This document shows positions 51,940 to 64,000 of a DNA stretch of 64,000 bases, in pieces. A program made the translations under genes and the position numbers. Location: NCBI GenBank assembly GCA_038496445.1, contig JALMLS010000216.1, forward strand, positions 434,001-498,000, read 5' to 3'. The notes beneath the pieces were generated by a model. The model saw nothing but the letters and a program-made list of their open reading frames with translations, was not told where the DNA came from and did not search any database. Numbering within the stretch: position 1 is the first letter of the stretch; the number at the start of each line of letters is the position of its first letter. Origin of the DNA: Trichosphaerium sp. ATCC 40318. Lineage: Eukaryota; Protista; Tubulinea.

Positions 51940-54269
51940 TTATTTCGCTTTCTTTTTACCTTTGTCATCCAATAAGTTTGGGTACATTGATACGAGATGC
52001 TTTGCTGATGCTGTGTCCTTTTTGTTTTTAAAGAACTCACGGACTAATTGAGATTCTTGAGAAATGAACCATGCACTGATAAGCGTTATGCCTACAGAGT
52101 TACATGTTAATAGTCCATATTCAAGCCATTCATGCATTCTTTCAATGTGATGATGATCAAGTGGACGATTGAACACATCATAGATGACAAGAGATTGTAG
52201 AGAGTCCACACAATATTTATCAGCAAACTTGAAGATGTTGAATAAAGCGTCCAAATCAAGGTTAGGAGGTATGCAATCGAGGTATGCAAATTGAATAAAA
52301 ATCTCGACAATTGAAGGATCATCAGCAACAGTGATACTTGAGTTCTCATCTTCATCACTGTTTGATCCAATTTCTTTTGATAGAATAGCACCTTCAAAGA
52401 ATGAAGACCTACACATCAGTATAGCCTAGTTAAAATGACAGTCAATAACACTTTAATAGTAGTACTACGTTGAAGGCTTACCTTGTGACACTTAATGCTC
52501 TCTTTTCCTGAAATGATGGTAAAATCCTTTTCTTTTGAATCAAATAATGTTTTGAGACAATCAGTAAGCTTTTTGGTATCAGTTACACATTCAAGAGGAC
52601 CTTTATCACGTAGAGAGCAAATAAAATCATTTTTCATGTTGATTTGGGAGTACTGTTCTTGACTCAACTTTTTAAGGTCTGATATCAATGTTGATGATCT
52701 TTTAGGGAACATGAAAGGACGGATTGTTGTTGCTACCAAACAAAATTATAAAGACTCTTCTGTACAGTTTTGTTAAACGCACGTGACTTATAATCTTCTT
52801 CTGTGGTTTGTTTGTTAGTCGATGGTATTTGTCTCAAGAGATGTGGAATAAGATTTGGGTTCTCTTCTGTCAACGAAGCAAAAAGAACATGAATAACACC
52901 TCTGTTTTCCAATTTTGAACACATAACATTAACCATGTGCACGCCACAATCGTATGCATTCATACTACCTTGAGCATAAATTGTTAGATATTTAAATTGT
53001 GAAACAACAGAATCTAAAGAAGAGTCGTACCTTGATAGTCAGGGAAGAAGTCTTTGAACTTTTCTGGACGATTTTGTATTTCTTTTTCAAAAATATCAAG
53101 TTTTGTCATTACAAGGACAAACGTAGTATGTGAAAAGAACCTGCTGGACACAATTGCTTGAAATAAATCACAAGATTCATTAAAGTCCTTGATTGTATCA
53201 TCTTCATATAGGTTATGCAAGTATCTAGTGGATTGGGAAAAAGTAAGAAAAATCGTTGTTAGTCAAGGTAAAAAAAGGTTACCCAACAAGAGATACACAA
53301 AAGAATACACCATGAATATACTTATCAAAGCAATGAATCCATTTTGATCTTTCATTCCGAGTACCTACCAAAAGTCACAGCAAATCACAACCCTCAAACT
53401 AACCTCCAACATCAAACACTGAATATTTGGCATCATCCATCTCATACGATAACTCAATAATACCAGTAGTGCGAATACGCAAGTTATAAAGCTCTTTATC
53501 ACTCACAACATAAGAATCAGCGGATTGAGAGCAAACTGATTCCATCACACTACGAAGAAAGCAGTTTAATACAAAAAAAAAAATTTGTATGTATAAATTA
53601 ACAAAACCAATAAATAGTGATTGTTTGTAACTACGGACGCTATTACATTGGTACTGAGGCACCCCCTTATCGAGCTTGATTTATTGTATGCCATCATACT
53701 CACAAAAGCTTTATCATCTTTTAACCTAAGCGAGGATGTAAAAGAATGCGAAAAAAAAAGGAAAAAGGAAAAAAAAAAGAAAATGTTTTCAAAGAAAGTA
53801 CTGTTTTAAAGTGTCAATGTGTGGTTGTGTCCAGCAGTCACCAGGAATAGCAAGAAACGACTTGACATTGTTTTGTGTTCCCTATTTTTAGTGTTAGGAC
53901 CGTTTAATATTGTTTTACGGTAGTTTACGCTGTCTAAGGTCGAATAATCGGGTAGTTGCGTTAAATCATCAATAAAACTCCTAATAAACGATAATATATT
54001 AACTTGGTATGTGGAACGGTTATCATTGGTTATATTTGGGAGTCTAAATCGCATGAAAAGCGTTGATTTGCCTAAACTATCTGTAAGCCTGTAGAACTTT
54101 GCTAAAATACGCTGAAAATACCTGTCATAGATGCTCCTATGCTATATCAGTGTCTGATTGGTTTTTAACAAAAATATGTACCTAAAACCAATACTTTTAC
54201 ATCTAACTTTTTAGGCGGTTGTTTTACAACTACAGTCTTGAATTGTCGCTTTGTCGACTTGTTGCCCAT
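51940..54269 (-). CDS. G-protein alpha-like domain fused to BTB/POZ (copy B)
   Basis: MGN..VKVLVLG|ASMTG|KSTLF; LRIRTTGIIE; FDVGG|TRNERSKWIHCFD; VMTKLD. Same intron positions as copy A and a near-identical BTB. Confidence 0.88.
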
Positions 54270-54657
54270 GGCCGAAAAGATTACCAGACACTTGTGATTT
54301 CCCACTTAACCTGTGATATGGTTAAGTCTATTACACATGGGCACTATGGATTTTGTAGGAGGTTCGTTTAGAAACTTCCACGAAGATTTATGAGCCATAA
54401 TGGCAAACAAGACATGAGGATATAGTGTCAAACATGTTAATAATTGTAAAACCGAAAGACATAAACGAACTAAACAACCATCAAATATTCTCCATAAGAC
54501 TCCACTCCACTAAAAACATACGACAAAAAAATGCTACCGATGAAATAAATAAATTGGAAACAGCTAGTAGTTACTACTTAGTCTTCAACAACACAGTAGA
54601 GTGTATCTAAGTTTGTTACAAGTAAGAAAGCGGAAAGTAAAGGCGTTTATTGTGTGG

Positions 54658-56203
54658 TTACACTGAGGGCATACATTGACTACCTCCACAGCAACCTTTT
54701 GGTGTACAACCAGTTGTACATTCTTGCATTCGAGGAAGACACTTGAGGTTGTCACAGCATTGTGCTGATGCACATTCGTTACAAGTTTGTGGAGTGACAA
54801 TACAGTTCTTGCAATCAGCATCGCATTCTGGAATCACCTGTGGACATACAACACAATCAAGACATTGAGCAGTTGCACATGACCGGCATGTTTGAGGAGT
54901 AATCTCACAGTTTTGACATCCTGGTTCGCATTGTGGAATGAATTGAGGGCATAGTACACAATGATCATCAAGACACTCTGCTGAAGGACACGTTTGACAT
55001 GTTTGTGGAAGAAAAACACAGTTTTCGCATCCAGGATCGCATTGTGGAACAACTTCTGGACATAGAACACAATCACTTGCTTGAGTTGATACCGATCTAT
55101 CTTTGCAAGTGGCGATGGCACAAGAGTCACATGTTTGAGGAGTAATCTCGCAGTTTTGACATCCTTCATCACATTCTGGAATCTGTTGAGTACAAATAAC
55201 GCAGTCATCTTGACATTGAGCTGAAGCACATGATTGGCATGTTTGAGGAGTGATGACACAATTTTCACAATCGCCTTCGCATGTTGGAACTTCTTGAGTG
55301 CAGAATACGCAATCATCAAGGCAAGTCGCAGAAGCGCATGAGTCACATGTTTTAGGAGTGATTTCACAGTTTCGACATCCTTCAACGCATTCTGGGATGA
55401 CTTGAGGGCAGAAAACGCAATCATCTTGACATTGAGCTGTGGCGCAAGATTCGCATGTTTGTGGAGTGACGACACAATTTTCACATCCTTCTTCACACTC
55501 TGGAATGACTTGAGGACATATCACACATCTATCATCCAGACATTCTGCTGAAGCGCACGCATCGCATGTTTGGGGTGTGACTCGGCAGTTTTCGCATTCA
55601 GGATCGCATTGTGGGATTTGTTGAGTACATATCACGCAATTCTGTTGATTCTCGATTGACCTCTTTGCCTTTGTGCAGTCTGTGTCTGGTACGTTACAAA
55701 ACCCGTCCATATCACAACTAGACACGTGTACATCGTACATGAAAGGATTTGTTTTAACGACATTGCTACTTGCAATGAGGTACACCTATTAATCTCAAAT
55801 TAGTAAACAAAGCAAGCGTATTATAAAAAAGAGAAAAAGAGATTGACGTACTTTTGGTTTTGAAGTTGAGTCGACATCAAAGTTAAAACCGCATGCTGCA
55901 GAGTTCGCTCTATTGAAACGTCAGAGAACCCAAAATATTATTTTACTATGCGTATGCGTACCCTGTTATTATCTTGACATAGTTGGTTGGTGTCCCTGGG
56001 AACTTGTGTGTCTCTTTGACGAATGCCAAGAAACTTCTTTGATATGGATTGAGAGGAAAGTCGTTGAGCTCGAGTAACACATTGACTGTCAGTACAGCGC
56101 TTGATTCGCAATAGATCACTTCTTCACTTCGAGGCAAGCATGAACATGCGTTGGTTGGTAAAGCCACAAATACAATGGCTAAACAAGCAATGAGAAGGTG
56201 CAT
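54658..56203 (-). CDS. Secreted TIMP/NTR + 8 eight-Cys repeats (copy B)
   Basis: Near-identical to 48228-50238 but lacks repeats 3-6 (154 aa). Confidence 0.85.
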
Positions 56204-58859
56204 TGTTGTTGTATTGTTGTTGAGTTTAATACTATTTTGTTTAAGTGTTTTTCAGCTGTTTTGACTTTCTTGGTTCAATCACGTTTCACAAAACGGAGGG
56301 TAAATCATTCACCCTAAAAACCACGGATCATAAAACACTTAATAGCGCTAGGACATTATTCTGTACCATAATAAACATTGCGGAAAGCCTGATGTACAGG
56401 TGAAATATTATTGGTATGAAATGCATCATGCATCTCGTATGCATCATGCATGTGGTTATTCCAGGCTAAGTACACTGGCCAGCAATTATATCTCATTTCA
56501 AGTTTCCCAGGGAGTGAGCGGTGATTTCAAGATTGTTTGTTTCGTTATCAGAGAAAACACGTTTTCACGTGAATTAACAGATTGATTTAGTAAAAGTCCC
56601 AAAATAAAAATACCTTTTCATGTTTGACTAATTGAAACAAACCACTCCTATCACGCTGACATGATTATCTTGCTACACTTCGCAATGCAGGGAATGTAAA
56701 ACATGACTCATATGTTCTTCGAACCCACCTAGTTTGGAACAGTGTTCGCTGTCAACGCTTCTAACAACTAAGGCTTGTTCTTAATCAAAACATAATTGCC
56801 TGTGTAAAACTGCAGCCATGGAAAAGCGATGGATTAATGGTCAAGCCCTGAAATTGAATAATTTGAGAAGACAAGCATTGCTAACACTCTTGAGTAACTG
56901 TGGTAAGGTGTGGAATGACTATGCAAACCGTCTTAGGCTACAACATTTTTGCAAAACAAAAAGGGGAGATAGTAGAACGTGTTTTCGGTTTGCGCTGTAT
57001 TCTTTCCCATTCAAGGGAGGTGTCAGGAATCGCAATCTTGGGTTTGGTATTCGGACTGTCACACAAATTTGCATGATTCAGTCCTCCTTTAAGGATAGGA
57101 GTGTTTAAGGTAGTGATTCAATCAGTTAAGTTTGAACTTGGGTATTTAGTTTTTAGCATGATAGGAGCGATGTATTTTTCTACGAAGTAACCACGGTTCT
57201 TGGCAGCACAAATTATTACTATAATAACTACATGGACTTTACACTAGGTAAAGACTATGTAGGAATTCGTGCAGTAATGTTGCCGCTCCCCTAATACTGA
57301 ATAGTTTACAGTGAGTTTATGAACACTAAAAGATGACTTAGGGAAAAAAAAGTGGCATGTATTGCAAGGCGTTTTAAAGTAGAATAAGTGGTTAGATTGT
57401 TTTTTACTAATAGATTACTTATAAATAGAGAATAGGATGAAATCTACTTTAATTTCATTAGCTTCAATGAACAAAAAAGTGACACGTGTTTTTTCGTCTC
57501 TTCCGGAAGCTATTTAACCGATCTAAAACTTTAAAACGTCAAGCGTTTAGGTTAGTTTATGTAGACTATATTTATAGACTCGAATGGCTTGGTATAGGTA
57601 AGCACTGTAGCGAAGAACAACCACCAAATGGATTTAAAATATATTCTCGAGTACTTCTCTAGCGTCACTACTCTTACGTACTACCCCTCGTTGATAACTG
57701 CAACGAAACTTCATTTGAAAGGCCAACTAACAATAAACTAAAAAATCGCTTTTGCGTAGGTTCTACTGTTCTACATCTGCTGTCTCAAGGCCAAAGCGCA
57801 GCTTTCAAGTTTTTCCAAACTTTTATTTTCATGACACGTACGAATAAATAGACTGTGTACTGCGCAGCTAAAAAGACTAGGATAACGACAACAAACTTGT
57901 AAACAAGTATCTGTCTGTTTTAAATATTTAGCACATTTATTTACCCTTAAAAGGCCTACACCAACACCAAAAGAGATTCATCCTACGCCTTATAGTAACC
58001 TGCAACACTACGCAAATAATGCGAAGTACAGGCTTGAGATATCGAGCATGGCGATCACATTCTTTTGTTTGTCTTTTAACGACAAACCCAAGTTTCATTC
58101 ATTGCTCTCTGATGATCACGTGGAGAAACTGAGATAAAAATAACTTGGCGGTTATTGGTTTCGAAATAAATAAACCCCGATACTAGCGCAGCTGTGAATA
58201 CGCTAAAAACGTTCCGAAACAATGTAATATATATAGCCCGCCACGTGACATCATTTGAAACAACGTGACGGCGTTTTAGCAGTTCCTAAAGTGGTCTGTT
58301 GAAATAAAAATCCCTCCGCTTTCGACGTTTCACTGTCCAACCATTCGACACTACGAGCGTTTACAACAACTACCCCGCAACCCTATAACGAGGTTTTTAT
58401 TCAAAATAAAAATAAAATAAGCCGAAGAGACATAAGTACCCGGAGAATACATAACGACTCACCACAAGTTCAATGACATTAACCCCGATGAATTTGTTTT
58501 TTGTGCATAAAAACAACTGCAGCAGTTTTCCTAACAGCGAACACAAATAACACACACCCATCAACTCACAATGTTTTAATGCTATTGTGTCAAAAAAGAA
58601 AAAACTCAAAAGGCCACAATAGAACCTTTTAAAGTACATGTGAATACTATGATATTATAAAATTACAAGTTATTATTTTTTTTTTGTTATGTACAAGTTC
58701 CATTCTATTTACACTTTTTTCGCCTTTTGGTCGTTGGGGTTTTTGTAGTATTGTTATTGTCGTAAAGAACTCTTGTTTCTATACGTCTCATAGCCGTCAC
58801 CGCTTCGTTCCGATTTTTTTTTGTTGAGGTTTTTGAGGGTTTCGGTGTTTTGTTTCTTC

Positions 58860-60212
58860 TCAATCGGAGGACTCACCGACTTCGTGTATAGTACATAGCC
58901 TTCTTTGTTGAAAGTTCTTTGTTCTCACAGCTCTGTAATTATCCAATGTTCCCCTCCTTGGCTTTGTCACCTCAGGATAGTCCTCAGCACGTGGCCATAC
59001 ACCGCATAGGCTATCAATGAAGTCGGGGAATGTATCAGTCCGCAGAACTTTTGTGATTTCCTGTCTGGCGCCTTAAATAGCAAAAGTAAGCAAAACGATA
59101 ACAAAAGAGAAGAAAAAGTAAAGACGTGAATGTTGGTTTTGTTCCGATTTTTTTGTTGATTTTCGACGTTTGGAAGTCCCCAATGGGTACTACGTACCAT
59201 CAAAAAAAGTCTCTCCGAAGCGTGATAGTTCATCAGTATGTTCTTGAGCTTTTTGAATAATGCGCTAAAAAAAACGTTTTGTCAACACGTGTTTTTTGAA
59301 AACAAAAAAAAAGCAAACTACGAAAAAAATGGCTGTTGTAGCCTTACCTGTCTTTCTTTGCCAGTTATATTGATTATACTGCTTTCGGCTTCAGGTCTTA
59401 TATAATCTATTATAATCTGTTCTGCCATCATTTGACGCGCTTTTGAGCCTAGCATTAAGCGATATTTTGCTGTGAAAGGATTAGAAAAAAAAAACCCAAA
59501 AAACAAAAAAAAAATCAAAAGCAAATGTCAAACAACCGAAACTAGCGCTTTGAAGTAGAATATGTCCATGTGATATTATTATACGTACCAACAGCTATAA
59601 GAAAAGAAAGGTTTTCGCTTGTATGTCGTTGGTAACAAAATTCTCTAAAGCTAATAAATATCGGCTCATCTTCTCCCAAGAACAGGTCATCCCATGTAGG
59701 TTCAACGTAGTCTTTTTTGTGTTCTACTACTATTGACGGAGATGATCTACAAAAATAAATAAGTTTAAAACAGTTATAAATAGGCACTATAGAGTCAACA
59801 GGTCAGTGTTATGATCACGTGAGCGCCGTTTAAAAGTTTTTTTTTCTTGACCGAACAAAAGTTTATCCTCAAAAATCCTTTTTAGCCTCTGTGTAGTACT
59901 TACAATGTCCTAGCTGTTTTTTTACGTCTTTGTTCAGTCGTAATAGGTTTCTCCATGTCATCTAGAGACTTGTATTTTTTGTTCATTGCCTTTAGTTTAG
60001 GAGATTTTGATTTACCTAGCTTGCCTAGTGAAACAAATTATGTCAGACGAGAAATTCCATTGAAGTACATCGATTGTAAAACACAAAGAGACAGAGCGAG
60101 TAAGAGCCGTAGACTCTCTACTACTACTCTCTGTATGTTCCTTGTCTCTTAATGGCTCGTTTACGAACGTGTCACGCGTACGTTTAATTTTTTTAGAGAG
60201 CGAGAACGCCAT
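58860..60212 (-). CDS. Regulator of G-protein signalling (RGS) domain protein
   Basis: FREFCYQRHTSENLSFLIAV|AKY..AEQIIIDYIRPEAESSIINI..FDG|ARQEITKVLRTDTFPDFIDS. Confidence 0.88.
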
Positions 60213-60716
60213 TGTATAAGTGTTTGTCTTTGTCTAAGTTTCGGTCCTGGTAATGTTGCGGTGGTCGGGATAAATTGTTTTTTTAATAGTTTGCTTTCAA
60301 TACTGCACGACTTAATTATGAAGTGAAGCAAATAAGGTAACCATCCTTAATGAAAACGTAAACTAAAGGAAGTGCACATTTTTAAAGTTTTTATTGAAAT
60401 GAAAACTAGCGCTCAAGAAGCAGTTTTTTTTATTTGTTTATTAATACATAGGGGAATAACAGTTGTAAATCGTGGATCAATTCAATTTCAAATGCCTTTT
60501 TACCTTACTTCTCTGCCGAAGTTTTTTTTTCAATTTTTTTTGTCTGTTTTTTTTTTTCTTTTTCTTTTGTAGTTCATCACGTGCGCTTTTAGGTATTTGC
60601 GACTTCACTAGTTGGTATGTGTTCTTTTTTTCCTTAGTACGTAACTGTTAGTTCACTACTATGAAAGTATTTTTACCTCAACTACGAAACCTTTCCTACG
60701 CGGCTTTATTTTTTTT

Positions 60717-63700
60717 TTATTTCTCCTTCGTTACCAACGCTGTGTACGCGAAAACTCTGAATATTGTAGCTATACAGAGTAACCATATCCAACAATCGAG
60801 TGCGTCAGAAGCTTAAAAAAAAGGAATAGTCAGAAAATACTAATGACTGTTCGCATCACGTGATCAATATATTGTAAGCGTTTCACGCGAAAAGGAAAAA
60901 AGAAAAAAAAATTATCTCTACTTCAATTTTTTAAGTTTTTCTTTCCAACAACGAACACAAACAAAATGAGTGGATTACGTACGATAATATCCATATATCA
61001 ACTCCATAGGACCTTCAGTACCAGCTATATTTTTCGCTTCAATAAGATAGTGCATCTCCTGCGCCCAGCGTAGGTAGGACGCGTAGGAAGGATAGAACAG
61101 AATATTAGGAAGAAGTTTGTTTTCTTTAAGTAGCTTCAAAGTAGGATTTGCCCTATTTTAGACGTCAGTAACATCAAAACAAAACAAGAAACATAAATAC
61201 AGCATCCACCGTAAAAACCCTTACGACAAAGTGGTGTGAAACAAGGAGAAATGCCGGAGAAAGGAAAATAAAAAGTGTAATATCTTTTTTTTGTGAATCA
61301 AAAGTTTTAGTTGTTATGTATCTTCTACAGTACCCGGAGAATGTCATTAAACTTAGAACAGTCATGACGCCACACAGCTGCGCTAGTGATTTGGGTACTA
61401 TCAGTGATACAAAGTACGCAATGCCAGATGCGGTGAAATACACAAGCATCAGTAAAGCATAATGTTCCGTCCAACTTCCTTCTATAGGCGCAAGCGCTGC
61501 GAACGAGTACCAAAATATTAGAGGCGCTATTGTGATCAGAGGTAGATGACCTAGTGATTTACCAATATAATAAGCCTCGGTACTACACCCAACTAGGTAG
61601 AAAAGTTAATATCAAACCGACAAAAAAAAAGTTGAAAGAAAAAGAAGTGTTGACGATCACTTTGTGGGAAAAAAAAAAATCTCCAATAAAGTACAGTGGG
61701 TGACAACTTTTCATCTTATTAATTTTAAAAGCAAATTTGATTCTGTTGTATCAAAGGTCGTATATGGCGCAATTAGTTCGATAACTGTCCACGAGATTAA
61801 TCTCATGGCGTCATAAATCAGGTTTTATTCTGTTGAAAAAAAACGGTACTTCCAACTTTTTTTTCTTAATGCTCTCAATAAAACGCTTCATCGCGTCATT
61901 TTGGGAAAAAAAGGTTACCTTGATGTTCACGCATAAATACAGCTTCCTCATTTCCAAATACGCGTATAGAACTCGTTATGGCACCCAAAGAGACAGCCAA
62001 AGTTGTCAAACTTGCCACACCTTATAAATGTAAGCACTAGTGAAAAAAGTCTCACAAATGTACTTGGTATTGGGTCATCTAACGGAACTCTATACAAGAA
62101 ACATGCCGGAGGAAATATATCCATAAGTTCTGCTGGACATGGCACTACAAGTGCATCAGCAACAAAGACAAAAATAAAGAAACATTTTTTTCGAAAAGTA
62201 AAAAAATCTCTTAAAACATTTGTAATGAATGGCGGTTGTGTTGTTACCTGTTGAGGTTCCTATACCGAAACCCGATAGTATCGGACCACGATACTTCCTA
62301 TCATAGAACATAATACCCATAAATATTCCAACAGCAAACATGAGACCCAAATCAAATAAGATGGCAGGCCAGAAACGGACTTGTTGAACAATAGAACGCT
62401 CAAGGTTGACATATACTTGGAAAAAGAACCATGGTGTTTTCCTTTGAGAAACAAATTGTCGGTTATAAGTGTATGACAAAGCAAAAGGTATTTGTCGAAA
62501 AGGTAAACAGTAAACGAATTCGATAGAATCGAAGAAAAATAAGGAACAAAAAGCAAGGTACTAACCTGACAAGATGAGGATACGATTCATAGCGCCAAAA
62601 GAATACCCATACTATACAGCAACATGTAATTAATATGACAGCAACTGTAGCATGTGACCATGTAGGAAAGTCATGTTTAGAGGCAGTTACAGGATACCTA
62701 AAGTATCAATCAATACACCAAAAAACAAAGAAAAATAAAAACATAAAAACATACCAGAAACCACCTACAGTGCCCAATTGAAAGATAAAACTTCCAAATA
62801 GTACTGAACGTCGTTTAATAGATTTAGTTACAACTACTAGAATCAAAGAGAAAGGCCCACAAAGTACACCAGACACCTATTTCAATGAAAACATTTAATA
62901 AAACGTCAAACTCGGTTTTTTTTTGTTTGATTTGAAAGGGTAAAACTTTATGACTTACGAATAACCCAAGGAATCTAGGTTTAGATTCTCTAGTTGATTG
63001 AAATAATAATCTTAGTACGAGTACAAACAGAGTTAACAGTGCCCAACCCAATATAATACCGGCAAATACTTTGACATTAACCTCAGAACTAACACTCATT
63101 CCAATAAGCCTATACAGCAAAGACGTTTTAGTATGACGCGTATTGATAGTATAATAATGACATACGCCATCGCTGAAACACTTAACATTGCTCCTGTTAG
63201 GGACCCATATGCGCTCTGAAAACACGTGAGTATTTTGTGATTTTTTGTGCGAGGATTTTTTTGTTTGTGTACCATTATTGTATCTTCATCAAAGTAGTAA
63301 GGATACAAGGTAGCCCAAGGTACTAAGAATGACATGACAAGGTATGTGGCGAAATTTATTTTACTTCCAACTTGATCGAACACAGGTGTGAAGCTCTCTT
63401 AATTAAGAATGTTTTAGTCTTCAAAAAGAAGCAATCCAAAAAAAAAAACAACATTGTTACCTGACGTAGAGTCTTCTTCTTCATCACTACTACTACTCGA
63501 TTCCTGATGTCGGCACCACTGATCATGAAGGTAGTCACTTTGCTTATTTTTACCACGATCAACATTGGATGTTGTAGTGGATACATTATCGCCAAATATA
63601 TCAGACTCCTCATCATCTTCGTCACCCAAAGTGTACTTTTCTTCTTTTTGTTCAACTTCGCCTCCAATGACTAGATAAAATACATAGTTAGTACCAACAC

Positions 63701-64000
63701 TACTTAAAAAATAGAGTGTTCATACCATCCAAGTAAAAATCAGCTGGGTTTATGAATGGTGGACACTTATACCCAAGGTTCTCAAAGTACTCGGCAACAT
63801 CATCAGTAGGCCCTCTTTGAAAAAAAAATTAGCGTAAGTTGACTACTTCAACAAATCGCAAAATTTTGAGAATTGTATCACCGTCGTTGACATACAAATA
63901 AACTGTTCGCCCTCCTTTTCCAAGCAATACAACGTCATCAAATAGATTAAATATCTCATAACGCGGTTGATGAATAACAGCAACGACAGTCATACCACCT
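60717..64000 (-). CDS. ABCG-family half transporter (5' part outside window) with an extra hydrophobic insert
   Basis: TVVAVIHQPRYEIFNLFDDVVLLGKGGRTVY..EYFENLGYKCPPFINPADFYLD; ABC2-type TMD (RKTP..QVYVNLERSIVQQVR..YTRIWK..AQLCGV..SYLRWAQE). Confidence 0.9.

Overview
This is AT-rich, intron-dense eukaryotic (protist-like) genomic DNA. Introns are mostly about 40-200 nt, with a dominant GTACGT donor and occasional GC donors, so the ORF track shows only exon fragments and the gene models below were spliced by hand. Housekeeping genes are TopBP1 (5'-partial), a GFA/CENP-V protein, SAE1, UBE3D (with a tRNA-Ser inside its last intron), ROGDI, ASH2L, XPF/ERCC4, a REV1-type stand-alone BRCT protein, an RGS protein and an ABCG transporter (5'-partial). 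Cytoskeletal and regulatory genes are a WASP-like protein lacking the CA region, a farnesylated IQ/CPI/proline-rich scaffold and a homeobox gene. The most unusual content: (1) two inverted paralogs of a G-alpha-BTB fusion with degenerate GTPase motifs, divergent G-domain exons and near-identical BTB halves; (2) a Reeler-domain membrane polyprotein with an internal second signal peptide predicted to release an LPMO-like protein with an N-terminal His; (3) two inverted TIMP/NTR + Opy2-like Cys-repeat genes with 12 vs 8 repeats; (4) an F-box-LRR gene plus two decayed inverted relatives; (5) a strong excess of the palindrome CACGTG in introns and intergenic DNA. All family assignments come from recalled motifs; no database search was run.
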